The notes under the pieces are model-generated. The model saw nothing but the letters and a program-made list of their open reading frames with translations, ran no database searches and was not told the origin of the DNA. Shown piece by piece: positions 9,934 to 19,274 of a stretch of DNA of 64,000 bases. Numbering within the stretch: position 1 is the first letter of the stretch; each line of letters starts with the position of its first letter. Both the position numbers and the translations under genes were made by a program. The DNA lies in assembly GCA_963845535.1 (NCBI GenBank), contig CAWJSK010000018.1, positions 32,001-96,000 on the forward strand, read 5' to 3'. This DNA is from an uncultured Spirochaetota bacterium. Its GTDB lineage: Bacteria > Spirochaetota > Spirochaetia > SZUA-6 > Fen-1364.

Positions 9934-10075
9934 TATACCCTCCGACTCACTCCTTAGTAGGTCATCCGTCGGAAAAGAACGCATGCCGACTGCCAAGGTT
10001 ACGCAGGTCTCGTCGGAAAAGTCCAGCTCCCCCGTGTGGTAGAGGTAGCACAAGGGGAAGTCTGGCGGGTTGAGG

Positions 10076-10927
10076 CTACGGCAGTTTCACTGTCACGGAC
10101 ATGTCCTTCCGAGAAGCCATTTCAAGCACGAGGTCCAGGAATAAAAGCATCTTTTCCTTGTACACCGAATCCGGAATATTCGTGAGCGCATCCCGCGCAC
10201 GCCCTGCAACCTCGGTTGCGAGGTCGAGGGTAAACCCATCCACCTCCTCGACCTCATCGTCCACGTAGTCGTCGACGAGTTGATAGGCTACCCCTACATT
10301 CATCCCGTATTCCGTCATCGCGCGGACCGAGTCAGGATCGCCTCCCGCCACCATCGCTCCGGTCCGTGACGATACCGACATCAAGGATGCGGTCTTCAAT
10401 CGTACCAACGTCACGTAGGTGTCGAAATCGACCCTCTCCCCAGAATGCATCAAGTTGATGAGCTCCCCATGACACATCCCTTCGGTTGCGAGGGCTATCG
10501 GCTCGATCACCTCCTTTGGCAGGTAGTGAGCCATGAGGTAAAAGGCTTTCGAAAAAAGCGCGTCTCCGGCAAGCAGAGCGATGTGATTCGTGTAAACGGT
10601 GTTGAGCGTCGGGAGTTGGCGTCTGAGCGCGCTGCCGTCAAGAATATCGTCATGAACCAGGCTGGCGTTGTGGACGAGCTCTACCACGGTAGCAAGTTGA
10701 ATGAGAGTTTCGTGAGTCTCCTCGTCATCGTGATTGCTCACGGCGCCGGCGGAGAGAAGCGCCATTGCCGGACGAAGTAGCTTACCTTTTGCTCTGAAGA
10801 TGTAGTCGACGATTTTATTGACAACGCGATTCGTGGTTTGGATTTCTCTGCGAATATTGCGCTGAACGCGCGACAGGTCACTCAGAATCGGCTCGTAAAC
10901 CCGTTCGATGCTGCTATTTCCTATCAT
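10076..10927 (-). CDS. Long-chain trans-polyprenyl diphosphate synthase (IspB/HepT-like), C-terminally shortened
   Basis: GKLLRP, FARM HNASLVHDDILD..RR, GDALF, KTASL, SARM YQLVDDYVD; start uncertain (10927, or 10955 with a frameshift). Confidence 0.88.
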   Translation of the reverse strand: MIGNSSIERVYEPILSDLSRVQRNIRREIQTTNRVVNKIVDYIFRAKGKLLRPAMALLSAGAVSNHDDEETHETLIQLATVVELVHNASLVHDDILDGSALRRQLPTLNTVYTNHIALLAGDALFSKAFYLMAHYLPKEVIEPIALATEGMCHGELINLMHSGERVDFDTYVTLVRLKTASLMSVSSRTGAMVAGGDPDSVRAMTEYGMNVGVAYQLVDDYVDDEVEEVDGFTLDLATEVAGRARDALTNIPDSVYKEKMLLFLDLVLEMASRKDMSVTVKLP

Positions 10928-11093
10928 CTTAATTGCGCTCTTTTGCACTAGCCATTCCGCACTCCTCCGCTGGGGTTTCAGCACCTACGCCGCGACCATT
11001 ACGGTTGCAATTGCCGTATCGGATGGAGAGGTCCGAACTCCGGGGACGATCCCTAACCCCTCATTCGCGATCAGGGCGGTCACAGCGTTGAGG

Positions 11094-12533
11094 CTACAAG
11101 GAAAGCTGCAACATCAGCCGGCCGATCGGAACGAAGTGCGCCGAAATGTTCGAGCCTGCATAGGTGCCGCTCGTGCTGGCAAGGCCAGGCATTTCCGAGA
11201 TGACATAGTTGCCGTCGGAATCAACCGACTCTGGCTCATTGAACATGAGCATGACTTCTGCAATCAGTTTGCAATAACTGTTGAGGCTATAGGAAACCGA
11301 TGGGGTGACTTCCCAGATCGGATTTATGTTAGAGAAGATCTGGGCATACGTCGAGGTGGTGACACCCCCCACAGTCACATTCTTCCAAGCACCTTGGAAC
11401 CCCGAATCGGGGATGACCATCGCCAGGCGTACCGCGAAAGTCCAGGTCGGGTCTTGCAGCGAAGCTGTCAGCTCGGCGCCGTAGATATTCAACGCGTACG
11501 AGTTTCCCGCTACCGCGGCTACGCCAAGGACGGTGCCGGTATCGCCGCTCTGAACGGTCGTGCCGAAGTGTCCCATTGCGGCCTGCCCGCTAAGGGTAAA
11601 AATCTTTCCGATACTCAGAGGGGCTCGCACCTGGAAGTCGAGGTCCACCTGATAATACAAGCCGCTCACAGGTTGCCCGCTCCCCGCGAAACCCATATAT
11701 GGGTTGAAAACCGATGAAAGAAGAACGTTCCCGTTATAATCCTGGTTGTAGAGAAAGGCCCCAAGTCCGCTTCCCATCTCGCTGAAGAGAGTCCCATGGC
11801 CGGCGTTGCTGTTGGCAGCGACGAAACCGTTGAGGTGAATAGCGTATTGCAGGTCGTCGACTTTCGTAAATGCAGTTTGCCTCTGATGGAACGGGTCGTC
11901 TGAAATGCCATTCGAGTAGCCGACCCTTAAAAACATTGGCAGCGGCAGATAGAGCTGTTCCGGAAGATATCGCTGGGGAAGGTTTGGAGCGCCCTGAACG
12001 AGGCCGAGGGCGGAATCAAAATTGCCAAAGTGATCAACCAGGACAAGGCCCATTTCATAGCCCGAGTTAAAAAAGAGGTTGAAATTGGGTGACTTTTCCG
12101 TGAAAAGCATGTACGAATTATCAGTCGCGCTTTCCAGGTTGGTCGGGTCTTTGAACTGCCCCACTTTGAGATACATTGCATTTCCTATCAGGGGAACATC
12201 CACATAAGCGTCCGTCAGATCCAATATGCCATTAAGATTGCTCGCGCTGGCTGCGTTGGTCGTCCCGCCGTAGGTAGTCGCTAGCCGCCAGTCGAAACCG
12301 CTATAGGCTCCGCTTATGTACAGTTGATCTGCGACGTTCCATAAGTAAAGCCTGGTTTGATTGCCGACGGTGTCATCGGACACATATTCCGTTTCGCCCA
12401 TGGCTTGGATCAGGCCTCCGACTGATAATTGAAGATTATCGGTGTTCACTACCGGCAGCGCATAGGCTTGAGTTACGGACACGAGGCCCAAAAGGACCAT
12501 CGCCATGCTCGCCCATTTCATCAAGTCTTTCAT
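11094..12533 (-). CDS. Outer-membrane beta-barrel, porin (OprO/P-like N-terminal motif)
   Basis: Signal peptide (..QAYA), LTDAYVD..KVGQFKDP, amphipathic strands, terminal RLMLQLSL. Confidence 0.7.
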   Translation of the reverse strand: MKDLMKWASMAMVLLGLVSVTQAYALPVVNTDNLQLSVGGLIQAMGETEYVSDDTVGNQTRLYLWNVADQLYISGAYSGFDWRLATTYGGTTNAASASNLNGILDLTDAYVDVPLIGNAMYLKVGQFKDPTNLESATDNSYMLFTEKSPNFNLFFNSGYEMGLVLVDHFGNFDSALGLVQGAPNLPQRYLPEQLYLPLPMFLRVGYSNGISDDPFHQRQTAFTKVDDLQYAIHLNGFVAANSNAGHGTLFSEMGSGLGAFLYNQDYNGNVLLSSVFNPYMGFAGSGQPVSGLYYQVDLDFQVRAPLSIGKIFTLSGQAAMGHFGTTVQSGDTGTVLGVAAVAGNSYALNIYGAELTASLQDPTWTFAVRLAMVIPDSGFQGAWKNVTVGGVTTSTYAQIFSNINPIWEVTPSVSYSLNSYCKLIAEVMLMFNEPESVDSDGNYVISEMPGLASTSGTYAGSNISAHFVPIGRLMLQLSL

Positions 12534-12561
12534 TGTTCACCTCCCCCAGACGTGTCTCCCG

Positions 12562-12695
12562 GACGTAGTGGAACTTGGTTCACCTGTGTTGTCCCCCAGA
12601 CGTAGTGGAACTTGGTTCTCCCACAGATGTAGTGGAACTTGGTTCTCCCACAGATGTAGTGGAACTTGGCTCTCCCACAGACGAAGAACTTGGTT
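12562..12695 (-). repeat. 27-bp tandem repeat encoding SVGEPSSTT
   Basis: GAYGTAGTGGAACTTGGYTCTCCCACA at 12599, 12626, 12653; degenerate copies at 12680 and 12562 (past the stop codon). Confidence 0.95.
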
Positions 12696-13320
12696 TTGCT
12701 GAGAGCGATAAATCCCATCGAACAGTTATTTTGTCATCCGTTTTTATAATGAAAAATACCGTCGGCGGCTTTATGCCGAAATCGGTCATGAGAAAATCTG
12801 CTGTCCCTGTAATTCTTAAGGTGTTGTCATTAATATCGAAAATAGCAGAGACGCTTGCAGGATTTTCCTTTCCTGCAACTGTAAGGCTACCTTGAGCAGA
12901 GATGTCGTAACGGCCGGCCATCGAAGGATCGGGAATCGCCTTGGCGCTGGTCAGCGAAAAAACGATGTCTGGATTCTGCTTGTATTTTAGGTCGGCCCAG
13001 AGATTGTTGTCAAAGCTCGAACCTTCTCCAGGATTTTTGAGTGATTGAACCGGAACATCGAAGATAAAATTCCCGGAGATCAGAGCAATCAACGTATCGA
13101 TGTCCGGTATAGTGGGCGAGTCCGCAGCAAATGTGTTGGTTTTCAGAGTGAAGGTGGACGTTACGCTTTCGAACTTATGCAGTGTTGAATTTCCGTCCAG
13201 CCATAGATGGCTGCCACTGTTAAATGATAGGTTGTAACTTCCGCTGTCTGCGTATACCGGCAGAGAGAAAGGAACAAGACTCAGTATCAGTAGCGTTCTG
13301 CCCATCAGTTTTCGAAACAT
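12580..13320 (-). CDS. Secreted YceI-family polyisoprenoid-binding protein with Ser/Thr-rich tail
   Basis: Signal peptide; GNSTLHKF, VPVQSLK..DNNLW..L..K..PDI.F, GSLTVAG, MTDFGIKPP. Confidence 0.88.
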   Translation of the reverse strand: MFRKLMGRTLLILSLVPFSLPVYADSGSYNLSFNSGSHLWLDGNSTLHKFESVTSTFTLKTNTFAADSPTIPDIDTLIALISGNFIFDVPVQSLKNPGEGSSFDNNLWADLKYKQNPDIVFSLTSAKAIPDPSMAGRYDISAQGSLTVAGKENPASVSAIFDINDNTLRITGTADFLMTDFGIKPPTVFFIIKTDDKITVRWDLSLSAKPSSSSVGEPSSTTSVGEPSSTTSVGEPSSTTSGGQHR

Positions 13321-13394
13321 TCCCTTTCCCTCCGATCATGAATAGTGTGAGCTCGCATGCAGACCTTCGACAGCTATGGCACAAGTTTAAGGCG

Positions 13395-13424
13395 AATGTA
13401 ATAATTACTGACTAATATAGTCAA
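13395..13424 (-). promoter_or_regulatory. Putative sigma70 promoter of the yceI operon with overlapping palindromic operator
   Basis: TTGACT-N18-TACATT on minus strand; TGACTA-ATA-TAGTCA palindrome 13409-13423; AT-rich context. Confidence 0.55.
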
Positions 13425-13894
13425 CATTAGAAAAGCAAAAAAACGTAATCGGATCTGGGGAGTACCACTTATGTGACATTGTAGCCTCGAAATGCTCACC
13501 CACGCTCGCAAGACGTCCCGACCCGGCCGCCCCTCTCCTTGCAGCGAAAGGCACGGGGGAACTCACCACTGCCGCCTACCGCACAGCACTCAAGGCATAC
13601 CTTGCAAGCGGAGCGACCGTCACCGTCGAAGGCTTCACTGCCAACATCCACTCCCTCAGGCGCACACTTCTCCGTAGCCTGTTGGAGAGGTACCACAGGC
13701 GTAGCCAGAACAGCGCATCCTTGCTCGCCCGCAATTCCTAATCGATGAAAGAGTTGGGCTTCCGCAGAGCCGAAAAGTTCGGCGTAGTCGACAGAAGGCA
13801 ACGTTACCGGCAGCGCGAGGGAACCTCGAACCGTCGCCAGGCGACAGCCAAGCGAATCCGCGTGGTTCGGACTTTCAGCGGGATTGCCCGAAGC

Positions 13895-14630
13895 TTATGG
13901 CTTCTCCGCCATGACGAGGCGCACTGCCCAGGGCACCCCAAACCAACAACGCCAATCCATAGGGCGGTCCTTCACGACCTTCATTCCCCGCCCGCGCAGA
14001 TGTAGCGCGTAAGCCCCGACCATCGGATGCAGGTCAACTATAATAAGCTTGCCCGCAGGCTTGAGGACCCGGACCGTTTCATCTAGTGCCCTGAACCGCC
14101 CCGCTTCACCCTTGATGTTGTGGATCGCGAGGCTTGAGACGACCAAATCGAACATGGCGTCGGGAAACGGCATCGCCATTATGTTCCCCGTCTCCACCTT
14201 GCATCTTTCCGTCACGCCCTCGATCTCAAGATTTCGCAGCGTTGCTTCGGGGCTATTGCCTGATTGGTCGACAGTGCTCCACAGGTCAAGCCCGAAAGCG
14301 CGCCCTCGTTGCAGCCGTTTCGTAGCCAGGCTCAAGACAGCGCCGCGACCGCACCCCACATCCAGCACCTGTTCGTCGCCCCGAAGGTGAAGAGCGTCAA
14401 GCAGCTCCAGACCAGGAACTTGCCCCTTCGTGTCGAATAGATTTAGCTCAGGAGCGTTGCAAGCGGAAAAAGACCGAGAACGCCTCCGAGAATTGTGAGG
14501 AACAGGTGACCAAGAAGCGCGAACAGGAACGCGAGGCCTCAGAACACGAGTACGATCCCACCCAGTGCAAAGATGCCAGAGGGGTTATCAAAGCCGTATC
14601 ACCGAGCGGTTTCTGAGTTGTGCTGTCCAT
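13895..14630 (-). pseudogene. Membrane-anchored class I SAM methyltransferase, degraded
   Basis: C-part VLDVGCGRG, GLDLWS..DQSGN, SSLAIHNI intact; N-part (YGFDNP...YSTRRGKFLVW) carries two frameshifts plus in-frame TGA and TAA. Confidence 0.85.
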
Positions 14631-14851
14631 GGTTGTCGCCCCCCGGATGAGTATAGACTGGTTTCCGCTGGCATTATTGCAATTGCTGAAGAATGCTGGA
14701 AGAGCGTAGCCGTGGTTTGCGGACAGTAGACACATTCGCCCTTATGGGCAGTGTGTGACGGCGGCTCCTGCAAATCAGCTTTCATCGGAGGGATGGTTGT
14801 TCGGCGGCGCCCATAGTAAAACATGGCTCTTCCCGATCAAAAGGAGTGTCT

Positions 14852-15544
14852 ATGAACGACCTGAAGGTACGACGATGGGCCGGCGCGTTTGGGTTGGCTG
14901 GGTTTGTCGTGTTCTTGGTCGCCCTCCCGCTTTACTTCGTGGGTGTCGGGCCAGGAGCACGGCTACAGGACGCTGCACAGTTCACCGCCTTGGTCTCAAA
15001 GACCAACGCATTCATCCTTATCCGCGCATCGCTCGCCGATCCGCTCATCATGGTCGGTTTCCTGGTCTTCCTGGCCGGCTTGCGCCACCTGATCAGGCAG
15101 GCGCAACAGGACTACGAGTGGATTGGCTCTCTGGTCTTTGGAGTCGGCATTGTCGTCATCGCCGTGGAGCTTGTTGGTGACGGTTTCCAGGCCGGTGCTG
15201 CCTTGGACACCTGGGTCAAAGCTGATCCCACTGCTGTGAGAGCACTCAATGAAGGCAGCTTCCCTATGTATGGTGCAATTGGGCTCATCTTGACGGCGCT
15301 TTTATTGGCCTCCGTCGGGTACGCCACCCTGGCTACCGGTGTGCTCCACAGGTGGACAGGTTGGGTCGCCTACGGCGCTGCGGTTGTCAACCTGGCGGCT
15401 GCTCCTTCGGTGTTGGGAGGAACAGACATCACCCGCTTCTACACCGCGTCCGGATATGCGCCCTTTGTCGGTCAGGCAGTGATGTTGATCTGGTTCTTGC
15501 TTGCCAGTGTCTCTATGCTCGCGAAGCGAGAGACTGCCAAGTAG
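14852..15544 (+). CDS. Multi-TM membrane protein (DUF4386-like)
   Basis: AAGGAG RBS; ~6 TM; G.L.RWTGW motif. Confidence 0.65.
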   Translation: MNDLKVRRWAGAFGLAGFVVFLVALPLYFVGVGPGARLQDAAQFTALVSKTNAFILIRASLADPLIMVGFLVFLAGLRHLIRQAQQDYEWIGSLVFGVGIVVIAVELVGDGFQAGAALDTWVKADPTAVRALNEGSFPMYGAIGLILTALLLASVGYATLATGVLHRWTGWVAYGAAVVNLAAAPSVLGGTDITRFYTASGYAPFVGQAVMLIWFLLASVSMLAKRETAK

Positions 15545-15606
15545 ACAAGAATCCCATTATAGACAGTGCAAGGGACACATGACGCAGTACCCGCGTCCAC
15601 GGGCCG

Positions 15607-16044
15607 TCAACGAGGGACGGGGTTGCCGCCGGAGCGGCCGCCTTCCGTCGTCCTCCTTCGCTCAGCCTCCCACGCCTCCGATACATTTCTACCCTTCTCA
15701 GGGTTGTCAACGACGAGAATGAGCTGATTGGCATGATCACTGTAGACGACCTCAATGTTCACCCCTGCATCCGCCATCTGCCGCGCGATCATACCGAGCT
15801 GCCCTGGGGTGTCCTGGCGGAGTCGTTGGACGAGCACATCACGAACTTCGAGCACCTCGATCCTCGCTGCCATAAGGGCCGCCATAGCGGCGTTACCATC
15901 CTCGAAAAGGAAGTGCATGATTCCTGCTTCGCCAACGGTGAAGCCACCCCCGCCCTCGATGCTCACGCCCGCTCGTCCTAGGGCTTCGCCCATTTCCGCC
16001 AACGCCCCGGGCTTGTTGGCGAGCCGAATAGTCCGATCCTGCAT
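15607..16044 (-). CDS. Tandem ACT-domain protein
   Basis: LANKPGALAEMGEALGRAGVSI and QDTPGQLG.IAR.MADAGVNIE. Confidence 0.85.
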   Translation of the reverse strand: MQDRTIRLANKPGALAEMGEALGRAGVSIEGGGGFTVGEAGIMHFLFEDGNAAMAALMAARIEVLEVRDVLVQRLRQDTPGQLGMIARQMADAGVNIEVVYSDHANQLILVVDNPEKGRNVSEAWEAERRRTTEGGRSGGNPVPR

Positions 16045-16051
16045 AGACGGC

Positions 16052-16526
16052 TCACGTTCTTACCGTCACCACCGCGGTATGACGAACTGGGAAGCTCACG
16101 GAACTCGCAATGAAACAGAGGGTGTGAGCCTTCTCGTGCAACTCCATCGCCAGAGCTTTCTTGCCCTCACCTGCAATCTCGACTTTTGGGCGGAGCGTCA
16201 CAGACTCGAACCTGCCGCCGCCGTCGGGGGTCACCTTCATCACTCCCGATGCATCATCCGTGTAGCTTAGGACAGAGATTTCGCTTCGGGCGCAGAGTGC
16301 AAGGTAGGTGAGCATATGACAGGAGCTGAGGGACATGACCAGCAGATCCTCGGGGTTGTGCTTGTCCCATTCTCCGCGATACGCAGGATCGGCCGTTCCG
16401 AGGAAATCGGGCTTGCCCTCAATTTGAATCCGCCATTGCCCGGCTGTACCCCTGATAGTGGGCAGTGCCATCGCCGAGATTGCCTTCCCAGACCAGCCGG
16501 GAAGTGTATTCGTGTTCTGCACTCAT
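16052..16526 (-). pseudogene. OsmC/Ohr-family protein with one frameshift
   Basis: HEYTSRLVWEGN.G.GT..Y..YSR joins NPEDLL..SLSSCHML / AH.LCFIASSV if one base of the C3 run at 16439-16441 is removed; may be an assembly error. Confidence 0.82.
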
Positions 16527-16693
16527 GTGATCAAAATAGCAAAGGTCCCCTGTGTTGCCAAACACCGTGACCGTCTTGCCCGATTGGTCACATTCGACAA
16601 GATACTCAAATACTCCAAGCGGCACGGCCTCCGCTCATTAGTGATAACTGGGTACGCGGTCACAGCTCTCCCCAGGACCCTCCGGGTTCAGCG

Positions 16694-16960
16694 TTATTGA
16701 CCTACGATGGCCAGTTCGTAGACAAACGCCTCGGACGAGTCGTCAGGGTTGGTAAGACCGACCCAATTCCCATCTTTCCAGTAGCCAGCTACCAGCGCGC
16801 CGGAGCTGTTAACGCAGGCGCCGCCGGCGTAGACATCGGAGCCGACGATCACCAGCGACTCGACCTCGGAGGTGTACGACGAGCCATATGGGTTAGGCAG
16901 GCCCACTCATCTGCCGTTCAACCAGTAGCCGGCTACAGAATTGCTGGAGCTGTCAACTTC
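16694..16960 (-). pseudogene. C-terminal remnant of a repeat (beta-propeller-like) surface protein
   Basis: Two VAGYW(K/L)(D/N)G repeats and GSDVYAGG; TGA at 16907 where Trp is expected; no N-terminus. Confidence 0.6.
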
Positions 16961-17030
16961 GGGCTGCAAATCGAGCTCACGATTACCACCGGAATTGCAC
17001 CGATCACAGTGTTGTACGGAAATTAGAGCG

Positions 17031-17771
17031 GTGAACGGAACCAAGATCGAGATTCGAACGAAGGACGGCGTGGCCGACGCATACATCTCCCATCCGGCCG
17101 GCGCTGGTTCCTGGCCCGCGGTGCTCTTCTTCATGGACGGTCTCGGCTGGCGCCCAACACTCTTCGAGATGGCCGACCGGCTCGCGTCGAATGGCTACTA
17201 CGTACTCTTGCCAAACATGTTCTGGCGTTCGGGTGAGTTCGTGCCATTTGATGTGAGGACGGTGTTCTCCGGCGGTGCCGAGATGGAACGCCTGATGAAG
17301 ATCGTGAGCGCGGTGACCGATGAGAGCGCGATGCGCGACACCGAGACGTTTTTGGAGTTCCTCGCGGGCAGACCAGAAGTCAAGGACGCACACAGGGTCG
17401 CGTGTACCGGGTACTGCATGGGCGGCGGCATCGCGATCCTTGCCGCGTGTAGCTTTCCCGATCACATTGCAGCCGCGGCGTCCTTCCACGGCGGCCGCTT
17501 TTTGACGTCGCCGGAGGCGCCCGAAGTGATCGCGAAGAAGGCGCGCGCACGGATCTACCTCGCCGTCGCAGAGGTAGATCGGAACCACACGCCTGACGTG
17601 ACGAAACGGCTCACCGCCGCCCTCGAAGAGGCGAAAGCACCGTACATGATTGAAAACTATGCGGGCGTTTCCCATGGCTTCACCATGCCCGACCTGCCCG
17701 TCTACGATCGTGATGCGGCCGAGCAGCACTGGGACCGTCTGCTGAAACTGCTCCGCGAGACGTTTGCGTGA
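17031..17771 (+). CDS. Dienelactone hydrolase family
   Basis: FMDGLGWRP, GYCMGG, SFHGG, HGF. Confidence 0.92.
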   Translation: MNGTKIEIRTKDGVADAYISHPAGAGSWPAVLFFMDGLGWRPTLFEMADRLASNGYYVLLPNMFWRSGEFVPFDVRTVFSGGAEMERLMKIVSAVTDESAMRDTETFLEFLAGRPEVKDAHRVACTGYCMGGGIAILAACSFPDHIAAAASFHGGRFLTSPEAPEVIAKKARARIYLAVAEVDRNHTPDVTKRLTAALEEAKAPYMIENYAGVSHGFTMPDLPVYDRDAAEQHWDRLLKLLRETFA

Positions 17772-17815
17772 TGAGTCCTTATCGCATGGGCGAGTAGGAA
17801 ATTCGTTGCGACTAA

Positions 17816-19102
17816 GTCTTCGCGAGAAAATAACTGCATCATCTCATTTGGGATGAGGCAGGATTGAGTAGTTCCACTCCCCGTGGAAATCATCGGGTTT
17901 CAAACGGACGGCGGCGAGCTGTTCGTCGCTGACCTGAATCTTCTTGGGATAGCGCTTGGTATCCAGAATACATCGTACACTCAGGCCAGTAGAGGTTCGC
18001 GTGTTCGCAATCAGTTCCACGATCATCGCGTGCGTTAGTAGTGGCTGGCCCCGCCAATTGCGGCTGATGAACGAGAACAGTCGGTGTTCGATTTTGTTCC
18101 ACTTGCTCGTCCCCGGGGGCAGATGACAGACGCGAACGATCAGGCCCGTTACATCGGCAAGCCGCTGGAGCTCCCACTTCCACAGCCGGACTCGATTGCC
18201 GTTGCTCCCACCGCTGTCGGCGACGATCAACAGTGATCTGGCCCGCGGATACTCCCTTGATCCCATCTTCCTCCACCAGTGCAAGATTGTGTTCACCGCG
18301 AAGGATGCCGTCTCGTGGTCGATCCCCACCGACACCCAGCCTCGATTCAGCCGTAGATCATACACGCCGTAGGGAATGACCTTCCCCTTGGTCTTGTCGA
18401 TGAAATCGTGGACTTTGACCTGGTGCGGACTCCCCCGAGGACGCCACTCTCGCCCACCGTTCTTGAAGTTCCCCACCAATTCCTTTTTCTTCGCGTCCAC
18501 CGAGATCGCCGGTTGCCGGAGTCCCACCTGCCGGCTCACCCCAGCGTTGATGTGCCGAAACTGTGCGTCCCGATCCGGATGTCGGCCTCCCTCCTTGGTC
18601 TTGCGGTTTGCCTGGAGGCTGTAGTGCAACTCATAGAGCAGCTGTCGCACCAGCCATTCACTACCTGCATGACCCTGCGCCGTCAATTCGCTGGCCAAGC
18701 GCCGCGTGCTCTTGCATGTCCACCTTAGTGCGGACTCTGGATCCCCCGGCTCACCGGGTCCACCAGTCGCTCCAAGGCAGCTCGCAACTTCGCGTCGATC
18801 GCGGTGGCTTTCTTGCGCCCGCCACCAGTCCGCCGGACACGACCCCTATCGGCGCTCGTCTTCTCTCGGATCTCCTGTGACCCTCGGATAATCGTACTCC
18901 GCGAGATACCAGTGGCCCGAGCGACCAGCGAGGCGCCTCCATATCCCAGCGATTGAGCTTCCGTGACAGCCCAAATCCGGCGGCCGCGTTCGTTGAGCGA
19001 CGCCTTCAGGGTCCTATACTTCCTGCGGATCATCTGGAGTCGTGTCACACCCGGAATATAGCACACACATCAAACATGTTCCAGTTATTTTCTCGCGAAC
19101 TC
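17816..19102 (-). mobile_element. ISAzo13-family IS (1287 bp)
   Basis: 21-bp IRs with 18-bp perfect core TTCGCGAGAAAATAACTG (17816-17836 / 19082-19102); 3-bp TSD TAA 17813-15 / 19103-05. Confidence 0.92.
17844..19048 (-). pseudogene. ISAzo13 DDE transposase, one frameshift
   Basis: LNERGRR.WA, GGGRK, HPDRDAQF, ISVDAKKKELVG, PPGTSKWNKIEHRLFS, FHGEWNY; RGDPES broken by a missing base in the C5 run 18743-18747. Confidence 0.9.
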
Positions 19103-19274
19103 TAAGTAAGGCTTTGAGGTTAAACGACGGATGTGGCGGGCCTCGTCCCTCAGCGGAAAGGGTATTTGAGGCGCCCCTGGACGCCTTTCGTCCCAAACAG
19201 ACGCTGGTAGCGGCACTTGCGAACACGCAACGAGCCCGCCGTATGATTGCACTCCTCGGAACGGCCACCTTTGC

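Noticed and set aside
10069..11097. GTTGAGGCTAC at the stop codons of both porin and polyprenyl synthase, as cassette junctions
   Set aside because: Only 11 bp, a near copy also occurs inside the porin, no attC-like structure or integrase
12562..12695. Repeat array as CRISPR
   Set aside because: Units are contiguous with no unique spacers, length is a multiple of 3 and in frame with yceI, no cas genes
13377..13395. TGGCAC as sigma54 -24 element
   Set aside because: No TTGC at -12 and wrong orientation for the yceI operon
13492..13740. Possible integrase N-terminal remnant (TTAAYRTALKAYL)
   Set aside because: No catalytic residues or att sites; too weak
16907..16909. In-frame TGA as selenocysteine or Trp recoding
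   Set aside because: Many intact genes here end in TGA, and this one lies in a decayed fragment, so a nonsense mutation is simpler
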